The notes under the pieces: generated by a model
The model's input: only the letters and a program-made list of their open reading frames with translations
What the model was told of the DNA's origin: nothing
Databases searched by the model: none
IMG/VR virus record: IMGVR_UViG_3300029305_003084
Direction: 5' to 3' (one strand)
DNA from: a virus
Lineage: Duplodnaviria; Caudoviricetes
Length of the DNA: 64,000 nt
In this document: positions 43,698 through 54,144 of the stretch, piece after piece
Layout: the number at the start of each line of letters is the position of its first letter
Position numbering within the stretch: position 1 is the first letter of the stretch
Translations under genes and position numbers: made by a program

Positions 43698-44414
43698 TTA
43701 CTTAACGGTAAAACAAGGTAAACTACCCAAAGCTTCAGCCCAAATAGATCTAAGTTGAGGCTTCTGTTCAGGTTCCTTCTTTTCTTCAACCTTAGGTTCT
43801 TTTAATTTATGAGCAATCTCATACTCATAAATTCTCCGAGATACCTCTTTCAAAAATTCATCAGTACCCCAACCAGTTTTGTCAAATGCTACCTTATTTT
43901 CTTTCTTGAAATCGCCAATAGTTAATTCCCGAATAATCTTAGTATATTCGAGTCTATCAGTACCATAATCTGCTTCAGGATTGAATTCATTGTTGGAAGA
44001 TTTATTATTGGTTATATCAGTAACAATAACCCCACTAGCTTCTTCAATTTCCTCATTACCGATAATTATTGTTACAGGCTCCGTTTCAACAACCTTTTGT
44101 TCACTAACCATGAAGATTTCATCGGTTACATTTTCCATTTCGTCAACAGGATCTTTATCCTGTTTAGCATTAGCAATATTGCTAATGGTTTTAATCAACA
44201 GAATCTCTTTCAAAATATCATCTCTAGATACACCATTAATGATACCATTAATGATATGATTTTCATTCTCGATTTCAAACTTTTTCATATGTTGCCGATT
44301 TTCTGTGTATTCAGCATCATTCAGAACATCATCGACAGTTGTTGCGTCAATTCTTTCAATAATAGATAAAATTTTATCATAGGTACTCTTTTTGATAGTT
44401 TTATTGCTTGCCAT
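43698..44414 (-). CDS. Hypothetical protein sharing modules with 54145-55353
   Basis: IFMVSEQKVVETEPV motif and helical module similarity. Confidence 0.6.
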   Translation of the reverse strand: MASNKTIKKSTYDKILSIIERIDATTVDDVLNDAEYTENRQHMKKFEIENENHIINGIINGVSRDDILKEILLIKTISNIANAKQDKDPVDEMENVTDEIFMVSEQKVVETEPVTIIIGNEEIEEASGVIVTDITNNKSSNNEFNPEADYGTDRLEYTKIIRELTIGDFKKENKVAFDKTGWGTDEFLKEVSRRIYEYEIAHKLKEPKVEEKKEPEQKPQLRSIWAEALGSLPCFTVK

Positions 44415-44417
44415 TTT

Positions 44418-44909
44418 TTATTTCTCCTTTCGTTCTCCCTTATTATAGATTAAAGTTCCATCTTCATTATAAAATCGACTATATACAGTATCCTTAGTAA
44501 TGATTTTATGGAACATAATCTGACCATTATCATGATATTTAAATTCTTCCCGAATACCACTAGAATGCTCAACAGCACCAGGTCTACTACCTATGAATCT
44601 AGACCAATTACCATTACTGTCAAATCTAACAGCTAAAGTATCAGCAGGTCCATAAATATTGACAAACCATAAAGGATCATCAATAATATCAACATCCTTA
44701 TCAGGGAATCTCATAGATTTAATGATATCTAATTCCCTATTATACTCAGTAAGCCTACCAGTGGTTTTGTCAAACACAGTGACATATACGTCATTATAAT
44801 TCAACTTATAACGACTAATGTCTCTACCAAACTTTCCCATAGATTTATCTGTTTTCATAATTATCCTCCATTTTGATCTACCCAACTTCTCGATTAAATA
44901 TATATCCAC
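44418..44909 (-). CDS. Hypothetical protein
   Basis: ORF with internal GGAGG RBS (start may be second Met). Confidence 0.55.
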   Translation of the reverse strand: MDIYLIEKLGRSKWRIIMKTDKSMGKFGRDISRYKLNYNDVYVTVFDKTTGRLTEYNRELDIIKSMRFPDKDVDIIDDPLWFVNIYGPADTLAVRFDSNGNWSRFIGSRPGAVEHSSGIREEFKYHDNGQIMFHKIITKDTVYSRFYNEDGTLIYNKGERKEK

Positions 44910-45186
44910 ATATTTGTGGATTATTGTCTAAAAACTCTCCAGGATCATCATATTCCTGAAGTTTTGACAGTAGATTAACGATCATCTCACGACTTCTATG
45001 ATTATTATTGTTGAAATAATACAGAATTTCTTCTTTAATATCATTTACCAGATACTCATTGTCAGCAATAACTTCATCATCGGAACATACAAAATCATTA
45101 TTAGGCACAATAATATATGCAGGTTTCTTAGATGAATTCATCATAGATACAATCATAAAAACAACCATTAATACTACTATCAACAT
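44878..45186 (-). CDS. Hypothetical protein with N-terminal hydrophobic helix
   Basis: 102 aa, RBS and promoter motif upstream. Confidence 0.55.
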   Translation of the reverse strand: MLIVVLMVVFMIVSMMNSSKKPAYIIVPNNDFVCSDDEVIADNEYLVNDIKEEILYYFNNNNHRSREMIVNLLSKLQEYDDPGEFLDNNPQICGYIFNREVG

Positions 45187-45308
45187 ATTTTCATCCCCTT
45201 TATTTATTCATATTACTATTATAATATATACTTATAATATCTGACTTTACGATATTTATAATAAGAAGGTAATAGAACCCATTTCTATTACCTTCTTATG
45301 TGTATTAA

Positions 45309-48300
45309 TTATTCCTGAATATCAATTACAAGATAATCTTGCTCATCTTTTGCTTTTTCAAATTCTTTTTGAATCATATCATTATACTCATCGACTGTAG
45401 ATATGAAACAAACCTTATCTTCATATTTCTGTTTTACTTTTTCCATGAGTTTATAATCATTATACTCATCATCTGTACAAATCATAAGTCCATCTTTAGT
45501 ATCATAACTATTTAGATATCCTGTTTTGATATCAATATTATAATCATTACCAAAGAATTCAATTCTATAACCCATAGCTTTTAAATATGCTTGTAGAATT
45601 TCAACATTACGGTTTGTTACTTTATCATCATCAGAGAAAGATTTTAACTTTTTCATATTACTAAGAAGATCTTTACCAAGATTTCTTCTACCAGCGATAC
45701 TGGATCTATAGTGCATATGCAGTTGAGCAATCATTTCAGGAGGAACACCAATCGTTGCATTCGTATTTTCCTGATCTCCGATACGTATGGGTGTGCTAGA
45801 ATATAGGTCTTGATGAATCTTATTTCTAATAGACTTTTCAGGAACACCTTTTCTAGAAATAGCACCAGTAGATCTTGCTGAGAAACCTTTCTTAGAAGAT
45901 TGCTTCAGTTTAATCATGTATAAATCACCAATAATAACTGGCTTCATGATTTTAATCTTTCTGCCCCATTTATTAATATATGCATCGACTGGTTTAATCC
46001 AATCATAGTCTTCATATATCTTACGAATAATATCAAAAATATATTCACCTTCCCAAAATACATGCTGATGAATATAAATACCATCATCAATAACGCTTTG
46101 GAAGAATTCTCTCTTATCTTTTAATTTTAAATCACTATAATACTCTTTTAGTTTTTTACATTGATCTGGATTAAATCTCTTAATAATATCAAATAGTAAC
46201 TTCTCTTTTTCTTTAAGAGTAGTCATTGTTTTAATTTTTTCAACCACTCTAGAACAAATGAAATTGATTGATATTTCGAATATCTGTGCACTATTTAATC
46301 TGTTGACAACACCTAGGGCATTGAGGATACATTCTACTCGTTCACCTGAATCTGTATATGGCATTTCTTCATCAGGAATAATCTTACTGACAACACCTTT
46401 ATTCGTTTATGTTCACATAAGATCGTTACTCTTATGCCGTTCTCTTATGAACTGCTTTATGTTTCCATAAAGACCAGACTATATCTTCATCTCCCTATAT
46501 TGATATAGGGAGATGCTCCCCGTTTCCACTCACTTGAGTGTACTCTACTCATAATGATATATCTATTACATACATATCATCATTATTTTCGATAGTCGTT
46601 GAACCTTCCTCATCTTTCCAAGTTTTACCTCGTTTAATATCATGAATTAAATTTGCTAATCTTATGTTATCTTTACATTGATTATAACCCAATTCATTCA
46701 TAATTTCTAATCTACTATATCCTTTAGTTAATAGATTTTTAATTAGTGAAACTAACTCTGGAGAATATTTATTAGCATAGTGATTTGTGCCTTTTTTAGC
46801 ACTACGCATACCATCTTTAAAAGCATGACGTGAATTTTCACTAGAAGTTACCCATTCTAAATTTTCATAATAGTTATATTGTCTATTAGAATCTTTATGA
46901 TTTGGATAAACCCTTTCAGTTAATTCATCGTATCCTGGACAAAATTCCCAAGCAACTAATCTATGTACTTTAAAATTAGTCGGCCTTTTATTATTGCGAG
47001 ATAATACTACACGTTGATATCCTTTAGTATCTGTATATGCAGTTAAATATCTATTACTGATTTTACTAAATACCTTACCATAATTACTAATCATATATGA
47101 ATCTTCTTTAACTCCAGAATATGTTATTGCTCTAAATTCTTCTTCATCTTTTGGAATTATTATATAAATAATTATCATCCTTTCATTATAAATAATTATT
47201 AATATAAATGAGGCTTGGCTGCTGATTGTCTTCGGCATTACCCGGTCAAAGTTCCCAGCAATTAAAGGAGTTTTCTATATACATCACTGTATATAGGAGC
47301 TATTATTAACCCATACGCCCTGAAATCTTCTGGCCTATTGTTAGAGGTGAGTCTCTTTCCACAAGAAATTCAATGACGATATGACTAAACATAGATGTTT
47401 CTTCTCTCCATTTAACATCATCATCAAGAATTTCTCTACTTCTTTTAAAATAATACGAAATATCATTAGAATAAGAAGATCCAGAATCTAAAATCTTTTT
47501 ACATCTATCATAAACTTTTTTATGATATTTCTTTTGTAAAATTAAATATTTTCTTAACTGTTGATTAAAAATATTGTCTTCAATTTCTTCTAAAGGTTTA
47601 TTGCAATAAATATTAATATCTACAACTTTACCACTATTATAGAATAATACGTCGTTACTAAAATTAATTTTTCTAAGATTAGATTTTTTTAAGTCATATA
47701 ATATTTGGTTATTATGGATTCGTCTTTTTGCACAAATAATTTTATTTACAATATCTTCACCAATATCGGGAAATGATTTATAGTTATCGTTATCACCATA
47801 AATATTTGCAAGTATATCGTTGTCGTTAAGACTAATCTTAATAGTCTCAACTTCCTTCGACACCATACGTTTAGCAAATGATTCAGATACTTTAATTGCA
47901 TCTTCAATAGTATCATTATCAATAGCATACATGACTTTGACATTGGTACCATACATATAGTTTAAATCATCGTCATATGATGTTGTCGAGTATAGTAATT
48001 CACCTTTTTCAATAGTATCTCCGATCTCTTTTTCATCAATACCAGTAGTTTTATAAGCAAAACCATACTTTTCTGTGAGATCTTCAACACATCGTTTTTC
48101 AATAATACTATAGTGATCATTTTTCTTATCATACATAAATAATAAATATAAATGATCATCATTAATTCCATCTTCAAATTTAGGAATTTTATCAATAACT
48201 TCTAATTCTCTCTCTGCTTTATAATATCCTGTAGAATATTTACCTACAAGATTTTCATAATTTGTAAATACTTTAGGTGGATCTGGATTAACAAGGTTAA

Positions 48301-48463
48301 CGAACTGCCTGAGGTGTGATGTAAACATAATGCTTCTGGACGAAGAAATATATCCAGCATTCGTCAATAATGTCATACCGAATAAATCATCTTTTCCATG
48401 AAATTCTTTTTCTTTTTCTTCTAATGCTTCTTTCAAATTAAGTGTTGACACGATATTACCCAC
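45309..48463 (-). CDS. RNA polymerase beta subunit, C-terminal part (spliced, ~749 aa)
   Basis: Exons 48463-47309 and 46403-45309 join as [25 protein letters not shown]; also EDA, NALGVVNRLN, KLKQ..SARSTG, RIGDQE. Confidence 0.9.
46404..47308 (-). mobile_element. Group I intron with HNH ORF
   Basis: P1 GGGT|TA..TAGCTC; core elements; ends GTGAACATAAACG. Confidence 0.9.
46549..47178 (-). CDS. Intron-encoded HNH homing endonuclease
   Basis: VHRLVAW..PNHKDSNRQYNYYENLEW; 3' end runs through the intron R element; start uncertain. Confidence 0.85.
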   Translation of the reverse strand: MIIIYIIIPKDEEEFRAITYSGVKEDSYMISNYGKVFSKISNRYLTAYTDTKGYQRVVLSRNNKRPTNFKVHRLVAWEFCPGYDELTERVYPNHKDSNRQYNYYENLEWVTSSENSRHAFKDGMRSAKKGTNHYANKYSPELVSLIKNLLTKGYSRLEIMNELGYNQCKDNIRLANLIHDIKRGKTWKDEEGSTTIENNDDMYVIDISL

Positions 48464-48479
48464 CTTTCAAAATATAATA

Positions 48480-48806
48480 TTAGTCATTATGATTAAACAT
48501 GTATACTACACTCTTTCCTTTTGATTTAGCATAATTTATTTCTGACTGAGTACTATGACCAATATAATCATTTTTATTAATTACATAAATCATGTCAGAC
48601 ATATCTATTTTACACATATGCATATCATCTAACATATTTTTCACGTCTTTAGTTATTATAGTATTATAATAACCTTCAGCATGACCAAATAATCCCAAAC
48701 TTATAACAATATAGCCGTTTAATGTTAACTCTCTTTGTGCTTGTATAAATTCTTCTTTGAATTTTGAACTTCCACACAATGTCACTACTTTATATTTACT
48801 ATTCAT
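48480..48806 (-). CDS. Nucleoside 2-deoxyribosyltransferase-like fold protein
   Basis: TLCGSSKF..KIDMSD.IYVIN..YIG.ST..EI.YA pattern. Confidence 0.6.
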   Translation of the reverse strand: MNSKYKVVTLCGSSKFKEEFIQAQRELTLNGYIVISLGLFGHAEGYYNTIITKDVKNMLDDMHMCKIDMSDMIYVINKNDYIGHSTQSEINYAKSKGKSVVYMFNHND

Positions 48807-48908
48807 ATATACATTTTCACCTTTCTTTAATATAAAGATTTAATTAATATCTATATAGAAGATAATTATTATCTTCTATATAGATATAATATATACTTTA
48901 AAATCTTT

Positions 48909-49160
48909 TTATTTTAATGACATCAACATTAACTCTCTAATATCTTCTAAAGATCGTTTGATCTTTAATTTTGTAGAAGGTAGCCAAATGTGTATCATAA
49001 TTTGAGGATCATCAGAAACTTCATCCATAAGTTCAAATTTAAATTTAATATTTAACATATTAAAGATAATATCTTCATATATCTCTAATCTGCTATTTTG
49101 TTTCTCTATTTCTCGTCGTAACATATAATTTTCTTGAGTTAAAAATTCTTGTGTTTCCAA
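48909..49160 (-). CDS. Hypothetical protein
   Basis: 83 aa, TTG start, RBS. Confidence 0.5.
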   Translation of the reverse strand: METQEFLTQENYMLRREIEKQNSRLEIYEDIIFNMLNIKFKFELMDEVSDDPQIMIHIWLPSTKLKIKRSLEDIRELMLMSLK

Positions 49161-49183
49161 TTAATCCTCTTCTCCTTTAATAA

Positions 49184-49450
49184 TTACTCTGATTCATCTA
49201 GAGTAATAAAATCTATTTCAATATTAGCACTCTTATAACTATCAACAAACTCATTATACTGGTTTTCAGTTATTTCGACTGCTACTATACTGTTAATGTC
49301 TTTATAACTTTTTAATGTATTACAATTCTTTTTAATATATACCTCTAATTCAATCTTATTTTTATATTCAATTTTATTGGGAAGAATCCAGAATAATAGA
49401 TCAGTTTTATTCTTTTTTCTCTTTAATAAAATCTGATAATAAGATTTCAT
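49184..49450 (-). CDS. Hypothetical protein
   Basis: 88 aa, GGAGAG RBS. Confidence 0.55.
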   Translation of the reverse strand: MKSYYQILLKRKKNKTDLLFWILPNKIEYKNKIELEVYIKKNCNTLKSYKDINSIVAVEITENQYNEFVDSYKSANIEIDFITLDESE

Positions 49451-49471
49451 ACCACTCTCTCCCTATATATT

Positions 49472-50632
49472 TTATTCGAATTGTGCGTTTGTTAACATAT
49501 CTTCTAAATATGATTGAGTTGCTTCTTTTAATACATCTCTAATTGCTTCATCATTATTAAAAGCATCTCTAAATTTACGACTATCAAATTTCACATCTTT
49601 ATTATTCTTAAAATATTTATATGGATTGCGTCCATCAAGTAAACCATTATCATCAGCAAATTGATATAATGTGAGAATAGGATCAAAACCATACACTTGA
49701 TTATAAATTAAATTAACACTTTGACCTGCTTTATTGGATCTAGATTTTAACATATTTACTTTAACCATAAATCCGTCAAATCCATCATCATCCATTTTAA
49801 ACTTTGTACTAGAAATAAATTCAAATACATTATGTGCTAAATACAAGGGTGCATTACCACCAGGCATAGATTTATCTCCACCCAAATACATAATCTGAGA
49901 TTGTGTTTTAGAGAATGGATTAATTTCAATCTTGGCGTTAACATGATTAATTACAAATACTGTAATATTATACGTCTTAATTACAGGCATAAGTTTTGTA
50001 TAAAATTGCTTAATTACCTGAGCCATACGTGCTTGAGATGTTTGACCTTTCATTTCAAGGTCATCATTCTTACTAGCTAACATAGGTAATGAGTCAATTA
50101 CAATAACTGTGGGTAAATATGTTTTAATCGGACGATTAAATTCATCATAAATACCGGTTTCATACATCATGGAAGCTTTATTTGCTTCTTTATCATTTGC
50201 AATAGCAATAATCGTATCAAAGATATCTTCAATATAATTCTTTTCTTGTTTTAGAATAATTTTAGATTGAAGTTGTTCTTGACTTGCTTTTGTAATTGAT
50301 TTAATACGTGTATAATTTAAACTTTGTTCAATATCGAAGATCATAACAAATGCATCTTCATTAAAATTCTTCACAATATTATATGCACTCTGAATAACAA
50401 ATGTTGTTTTTGCTACACCAGATTTACCAATCACGGTATTGAATGTACCACCACCAATACCGACAGAACTATAATTATCTACAATATTTTCTTTGTCATC
50501 CATGACCTTGACTACATATCCATTTCTATAGTCAAGAGGAAGAAATCCCGTAGGATACATAACGGAAACTTGTGCGGGTTTAAATAAACCTTTCTTATCT
50601 TTTTCTCTTAATCGTTCTAGCAAAGATGCCAT
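49472..50632 (-). CDS. RecA/UvsX-like recombinase
   Basis: PTGF..LD, GKSGVAKT, DIEQSL, IVIDS, AR, INH, PGG.A motifs. Confidence 0.85.
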   Translation of the reverse strand: MASLLERLREKDKKGLFKPAQVSVMYPTGFLPLDYRNGYVVKVMDDKENIVDNYSSVGIGGGTFNTVIGKSGVAKTTFVIQSAYNIVKNFNEDAFVMIFDIEQSLNYTRIKSITKASQEQLQSKIILKQEKNYIEDIFDTIIAIANDKEANKASMMYETGIYDEFNRPIKTYLPTVIVIDSLPMLASKNDDLEMKGQTSQARMAQVIKQFYTKLMPVIKTYNITVFVINHVNAKIEINPFSKTQSQIMYLGGDKSMPGGNAPLYLAHNVFEFISSTKFKMDDDGFDGFMVKVNMLKSRSNKAGQSVNLIYNQVYGFDPILTLYQFADDNGLLDGRNPYKYFKNNKDVKFDSRKFRDAFNNDEAIRDVLKEATQSYLEDMLTNAQFE

Positions 50633-50802
50633 ATTAAATTCCTCCGTTATTAGTTTATTATAACATTGTATTTCAATATATAATATTTTACAAAATAAAA
50701 ATTAGCTAGAAAGCTGGGTCAAGGACCAACTTTCTAGCTATATCATGAATATATATGTTAAACAGCAACTATATGGCTGCTGTGGACCAACACATACATT
50801 AG

Positions 50803-51642
50803 TTATCGAATAAAGACTAACTTACCGTTATTTAATAATACGTTCATAGTTTTGAACTTGTTATTGATAATAGTGAAGCTAGATTCTTCCTTATCAACAT
50901 TATCGTCATTATTGAATAGAGTTGCTGCTCTATAACCATTCTTAAAGTACTCAGCAACCTTATCTTCAAGGTCACTCATAGACTCAAAAATACATACCTC
51001 ATGCTTATCTGCATACTGATAAGTATCATAGAATGCGTTTTGATCCATACCCATAACAAATACTAAATGAGTTACACGGTTAGGACGGAAACGCTTAATA
51101 GAATATGTAGGCTTCATAATAACATCTTCTACAATTTCAGTAGAAGTAGTTAGAGTATAACCATTTTCACTCTTAGTGAAAGTATATGTAGTATCATTAA
51201 CTAGAGTATAATCATGTAGAGTAAATTCAAAAGAACAACCATCACCAAAATCTCGTAAAGAAACAGCAAAGGTCAGTTCACCCTTAGCAATTAGATAGCT
51301 TAGAACTGCTGCCTTAGTATTAGTGATATTCTTTAAAATCTTACCTCTTAGATTTACAGTAACTAATAGAACGTCAGTATTGTTTCGATCAGTCTTAGAA
51401 ATAAAGGGCTTTAGATCTTTTCTCTGGAAATTTACATTAGTGTCACCAGTATACAGAACCTTAGGTTCAGTCATCTGGGTAAATTCTTTCAATTCAGGCA
51501 TAGATAATTCATTAGAATATAGAATGTCTAGGAACTTTACGCTAGTGTCCTTTAGTACTCTGGAACATACTAGCTTAGACATTCTGTCAGTAATCTTGGC
51601 GTGACGCCATTCAGTCTTGCTTTCGTTGTAAATTACTAGCAT
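50803..51642 (-). CDS. Hypothetical protein
   Basis: 279 aa, GAGGTG RBS. Confidence 0.65.
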   Translation of the reverse strand: MLVIYNESKTEWRHAKITDRMSKLVCSRVLKDTSVKFLDILYSNELSMPELKEFTQMTEPKVLYTGDTNVNFQRKDLKPFISKTDRNNTDVLLVTVNLRGKILKNITNTKAAVLSYLIAKGELTFAVSLRDFGDGCSFEFTLHDYTLVNDTTYTFTKSENGYTLTTSTEIVEDVIMKPTYSIKRFRPNRVTHLVFVMGMDQNAFYDTYQYADKHEVCIFESMSDLEDKVAEYFKNGYRAATLFNNDDNVDKEESSFTIINNKFKTMNVLLNNGKLVFIR

Positions 51643-51802
51643 ATTAACACCTCATACAATTATTAATTTATCGTATTATACATTTATATTACGAATTATA
51701 TATTTGTATATGAATTAATAAAATATTATTTATAAAAAAATAATAATACGGGTATAGAAAAATCTATACCCGTATTATAAATGTAAATACTTTTAAAAAT
51801 GT

Positions 51803-52693
51803 TTACAGGAACTTAACTAAAGATTCCTTACCCTTCTTTTCAAACTTATTAATTGCCTTAGCTAGGCGAGGATACTGTTCTTCAGTAATCATAGTCTTAT
51901 TGATTCTACGAGCAGCATCACGATTCTTACTTGCATCACCACGACGACGCACACAATAATACTCTAGAAGTTCAATAATATGATCTTTATCTTCATTATT
52001 GATATATTCAAGAGCAAATGCAGACATTAAATTCCAGACCTTAATCTGATCTTCATTGAAATTCTTCATATATTCTTTCTTTTCAAGAAGAATATTAATT
52101 GCGATAAGATCAAGTAGCTTCTTACCAAACAGAGCTTTGAACAGCTTAGTCACCTGTTCGGTATTTTCTAGCCCAATATTTCTATTCTGAGCCATAATGT
52201 ACAGTTTTCTCAGCATCTTCTGAGAATAGATACCAACAAACTTTTCACTACTGATATATTCAACATCGGGAGTGATTAGAAGCAGTTCCTTGATAATATT
52301 CTCATCGACATCAACCTTCTTCTTAATCTTCTTAACACGAGACTTCAGAAGTTCATTAATAATATCAGAATAATTACTCATCATATCTTCATTGAAATCT
52401 TCAGATGCATGGTTCTTCTCAATAAACCCTGCAATGATTACAACAAAACCGATGTTAAGACCATTATGGTCATCATTCTTTTTACCTGCCTTAATAATCT
52501 TATTAAGAGCTTTAGGGAACTTTTCACTAAACATACGATTGTGCAGTTCCTTCATAATATTCTGATTCTTTACCTTAAATCCTTCATTGACACAGAAGTT
52601 AATCATTTCTTCCTGATGATCATCGATAATTGCTGCAAGCTCAGAAGTCTTCATCTTCTTCATCTTAGATGTTTCTTTAATAAAATTCTTCAT
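51803..52693 (-). CDS. Hypothetical helical protein
   Basis: 296 aa, GGAGG RBS, downstream of tubulin. Confidence 0.65.
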   Translation of the reverse strand: MKNFIKETSKMKKMKTSELAAIIDDHQEEMINFCVNEGFKVKNQNIMKELHNRMFSEKFPKALNKIIKAGKKNDDHNGLNIGFVVIIAGFIEKNHASEDFNEDMMSNYSDIINELLKSRVKKIKKKVDVDENIIKELLLITPDVEYISSEKFVGIYSQKMLRKLYIMAQNRNIGLENTEQVTKLFKALFGKKLLDLIAINILLEKKEYMKNFNEDQIKVWNLMSAFALEYINNEDKDHIIELLEYYCVRRRGDASKNRDAARRINKTMITEEQYPRLAKAINKFEKKGKESLVKFL

Positions 52694-52748
52694 TATAATT
52701 TTCCTCCAAAATAAATTATTAATTTATATATAATGACTTCTCCTGTGT

Positions 52749-53870
52749 TTAGTCATCATATCTACTAAATAAATCATCTAGATCTAAATCAGATGTACTA
52801 TTTTCTGACATTCTTAGATCTTTAATTTTATCTGTTGTAATATTCCCTAAGATAGAACTTTCTTTTACTTTTGAAAGTTCACTTACAGATTCTTCAATTC
52901 TTTGAACAATCTTCTTTAATCTATCATCAGGTACAGATAGACCTGATACAATTAACATGATACGTTGAGCCTCATCGTTTCCAGCAATATAGGTATGCTG
53001 ATAACCCTCAACAGGTTCTCCAATAAATTCTTTAATTTTTAGCATGTTATCATTAAACATACCATTCATTTTTTCATTGAGATTAGTAATAACACCCATT
53101 CGTTTTACAATCTTGTCTCTATCGAGTTCAACATTTGTAGATACATTCTTAATCACGTTTAGAAGTGTATCTTCGATTGTACTATCATCAAAATCCTTTT
53201 CTTTAATATCAGATAGAATATATAATGCTAATCTACCAGGTGTTTCAAAGAATCTTAACATATCTTTTTCATCGATAGAATTATATGGGGTGGGATATAG
53301 ATAATCTCCTCGTAGTACACTAATAGCATCAACAATTTCTTCATTAATAGATTTCATCATTTCTGGTGAAGATAAACTAGCTCTTTTATTATTGTCATAT
53401 GCCATATATACTACATTAGGCAAGAACTTATTTACTTCATTTAAATAATCTAAAGAATTTTGTTGTGCTGCTACAGATTCAGCAATGGGAGGATAAACTT
53501 CAATCAAAATAAATTTTTTACTCTGAAATTTTCTACTCAGAATATCTACCATAACAGGAGCCATACCAGAACCAGTACCGCCACCTGTACTTGAGATGAC
53601 AAATACTACATCATTTGATTCAATATGATCAATAAATTTTTCCTGTTCTAATAATCTCTTGATATGAAGTTTAATAAAATTGCGTGCTTCTTCTCTGTTC
53701 TTACCGGCACCAGTTTGGTCACCAACCACTATCTTAGTTACATTTTTAATATTAACTAGATCATTCGCTGAAGAATTAATAGCTACACCTTTGATATTAT
53801 ATTTTTGCATAGCTAAATCCGCAATTTGTCCACCACAGTTACCAATTCCGATTGTGCAAACATTAATCAT
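52749..53870 (-). CDS. Tubulin/FtsZ-family GTPase (PhuZ/TubZ-like)
   Basis: GIGNCGGQ, GAGK, GGGTGSG signature, DN, ID..D T7 loop. Confidence 0.9.
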   Translation of the reverse strand: MINVCTIGIGNCGGQIADLAMQKYNIKGVAINSSANDLVNIKNVTKIVVGDQTGAGKNREEARNFIKLHIKRLLEQEKFIDHIESNDVVFVISSTGGGTGSGMAPVMVDILSRKFQSKKFILIEVYPPIAESVAAQQNSLDYLNEVNKFLPNVVYMAYDNNKRASLSSPEMMKSINEEIVDAISVLRGDYLYPTPYNSIDEKDMLRFFETPGRLALYILSDIKEKDFDDSTIEDTLLNVIKNVSTNVELDRDKIVKRMGVITNLNEKMNGMFNDNMLKIKEFIGEPVEGYQHTYIAGNDEAQRIMLIVSGLSVPDDRLKKIVQRIEESVSELSKVKESSILGNITTDKIKDLRMSENSTSDLDLDDLFSRYDD

Positions 53871-54005
53871 GATATCATTTTCCTTTCATAATATTTAAGA
53901 ACATTTATTCTTTTCGTTCTTACGTATATAATATATAATTAAAAACTCTTTTGAATTTTTATATAGTTGTTAGATGTATAATAATTTTCTATGTTCCCCG
54001 TTAAA

Positions 54006-54137
54006 ATCGTAAAGTCAACACTTTCAAATATATATTATAATCATAATAAAGAAGGAATATTAGAATATTTTCTATGTTCCTTCTCAATCATTATTAACAT
54101 TTAATAAGAAGAAGGAAAACTTCACAAACCAGAAAGG
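54006..54137 (+). promoter_or_regulatory. Repeated promoter/5' leader cassette, copy 2
   Basis: Near-identical to reverse complement of 29771-29901; promoter motif 54022-54039. Confidence 0.8.
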
Positions 54138-54144
54138 AAAAAGT

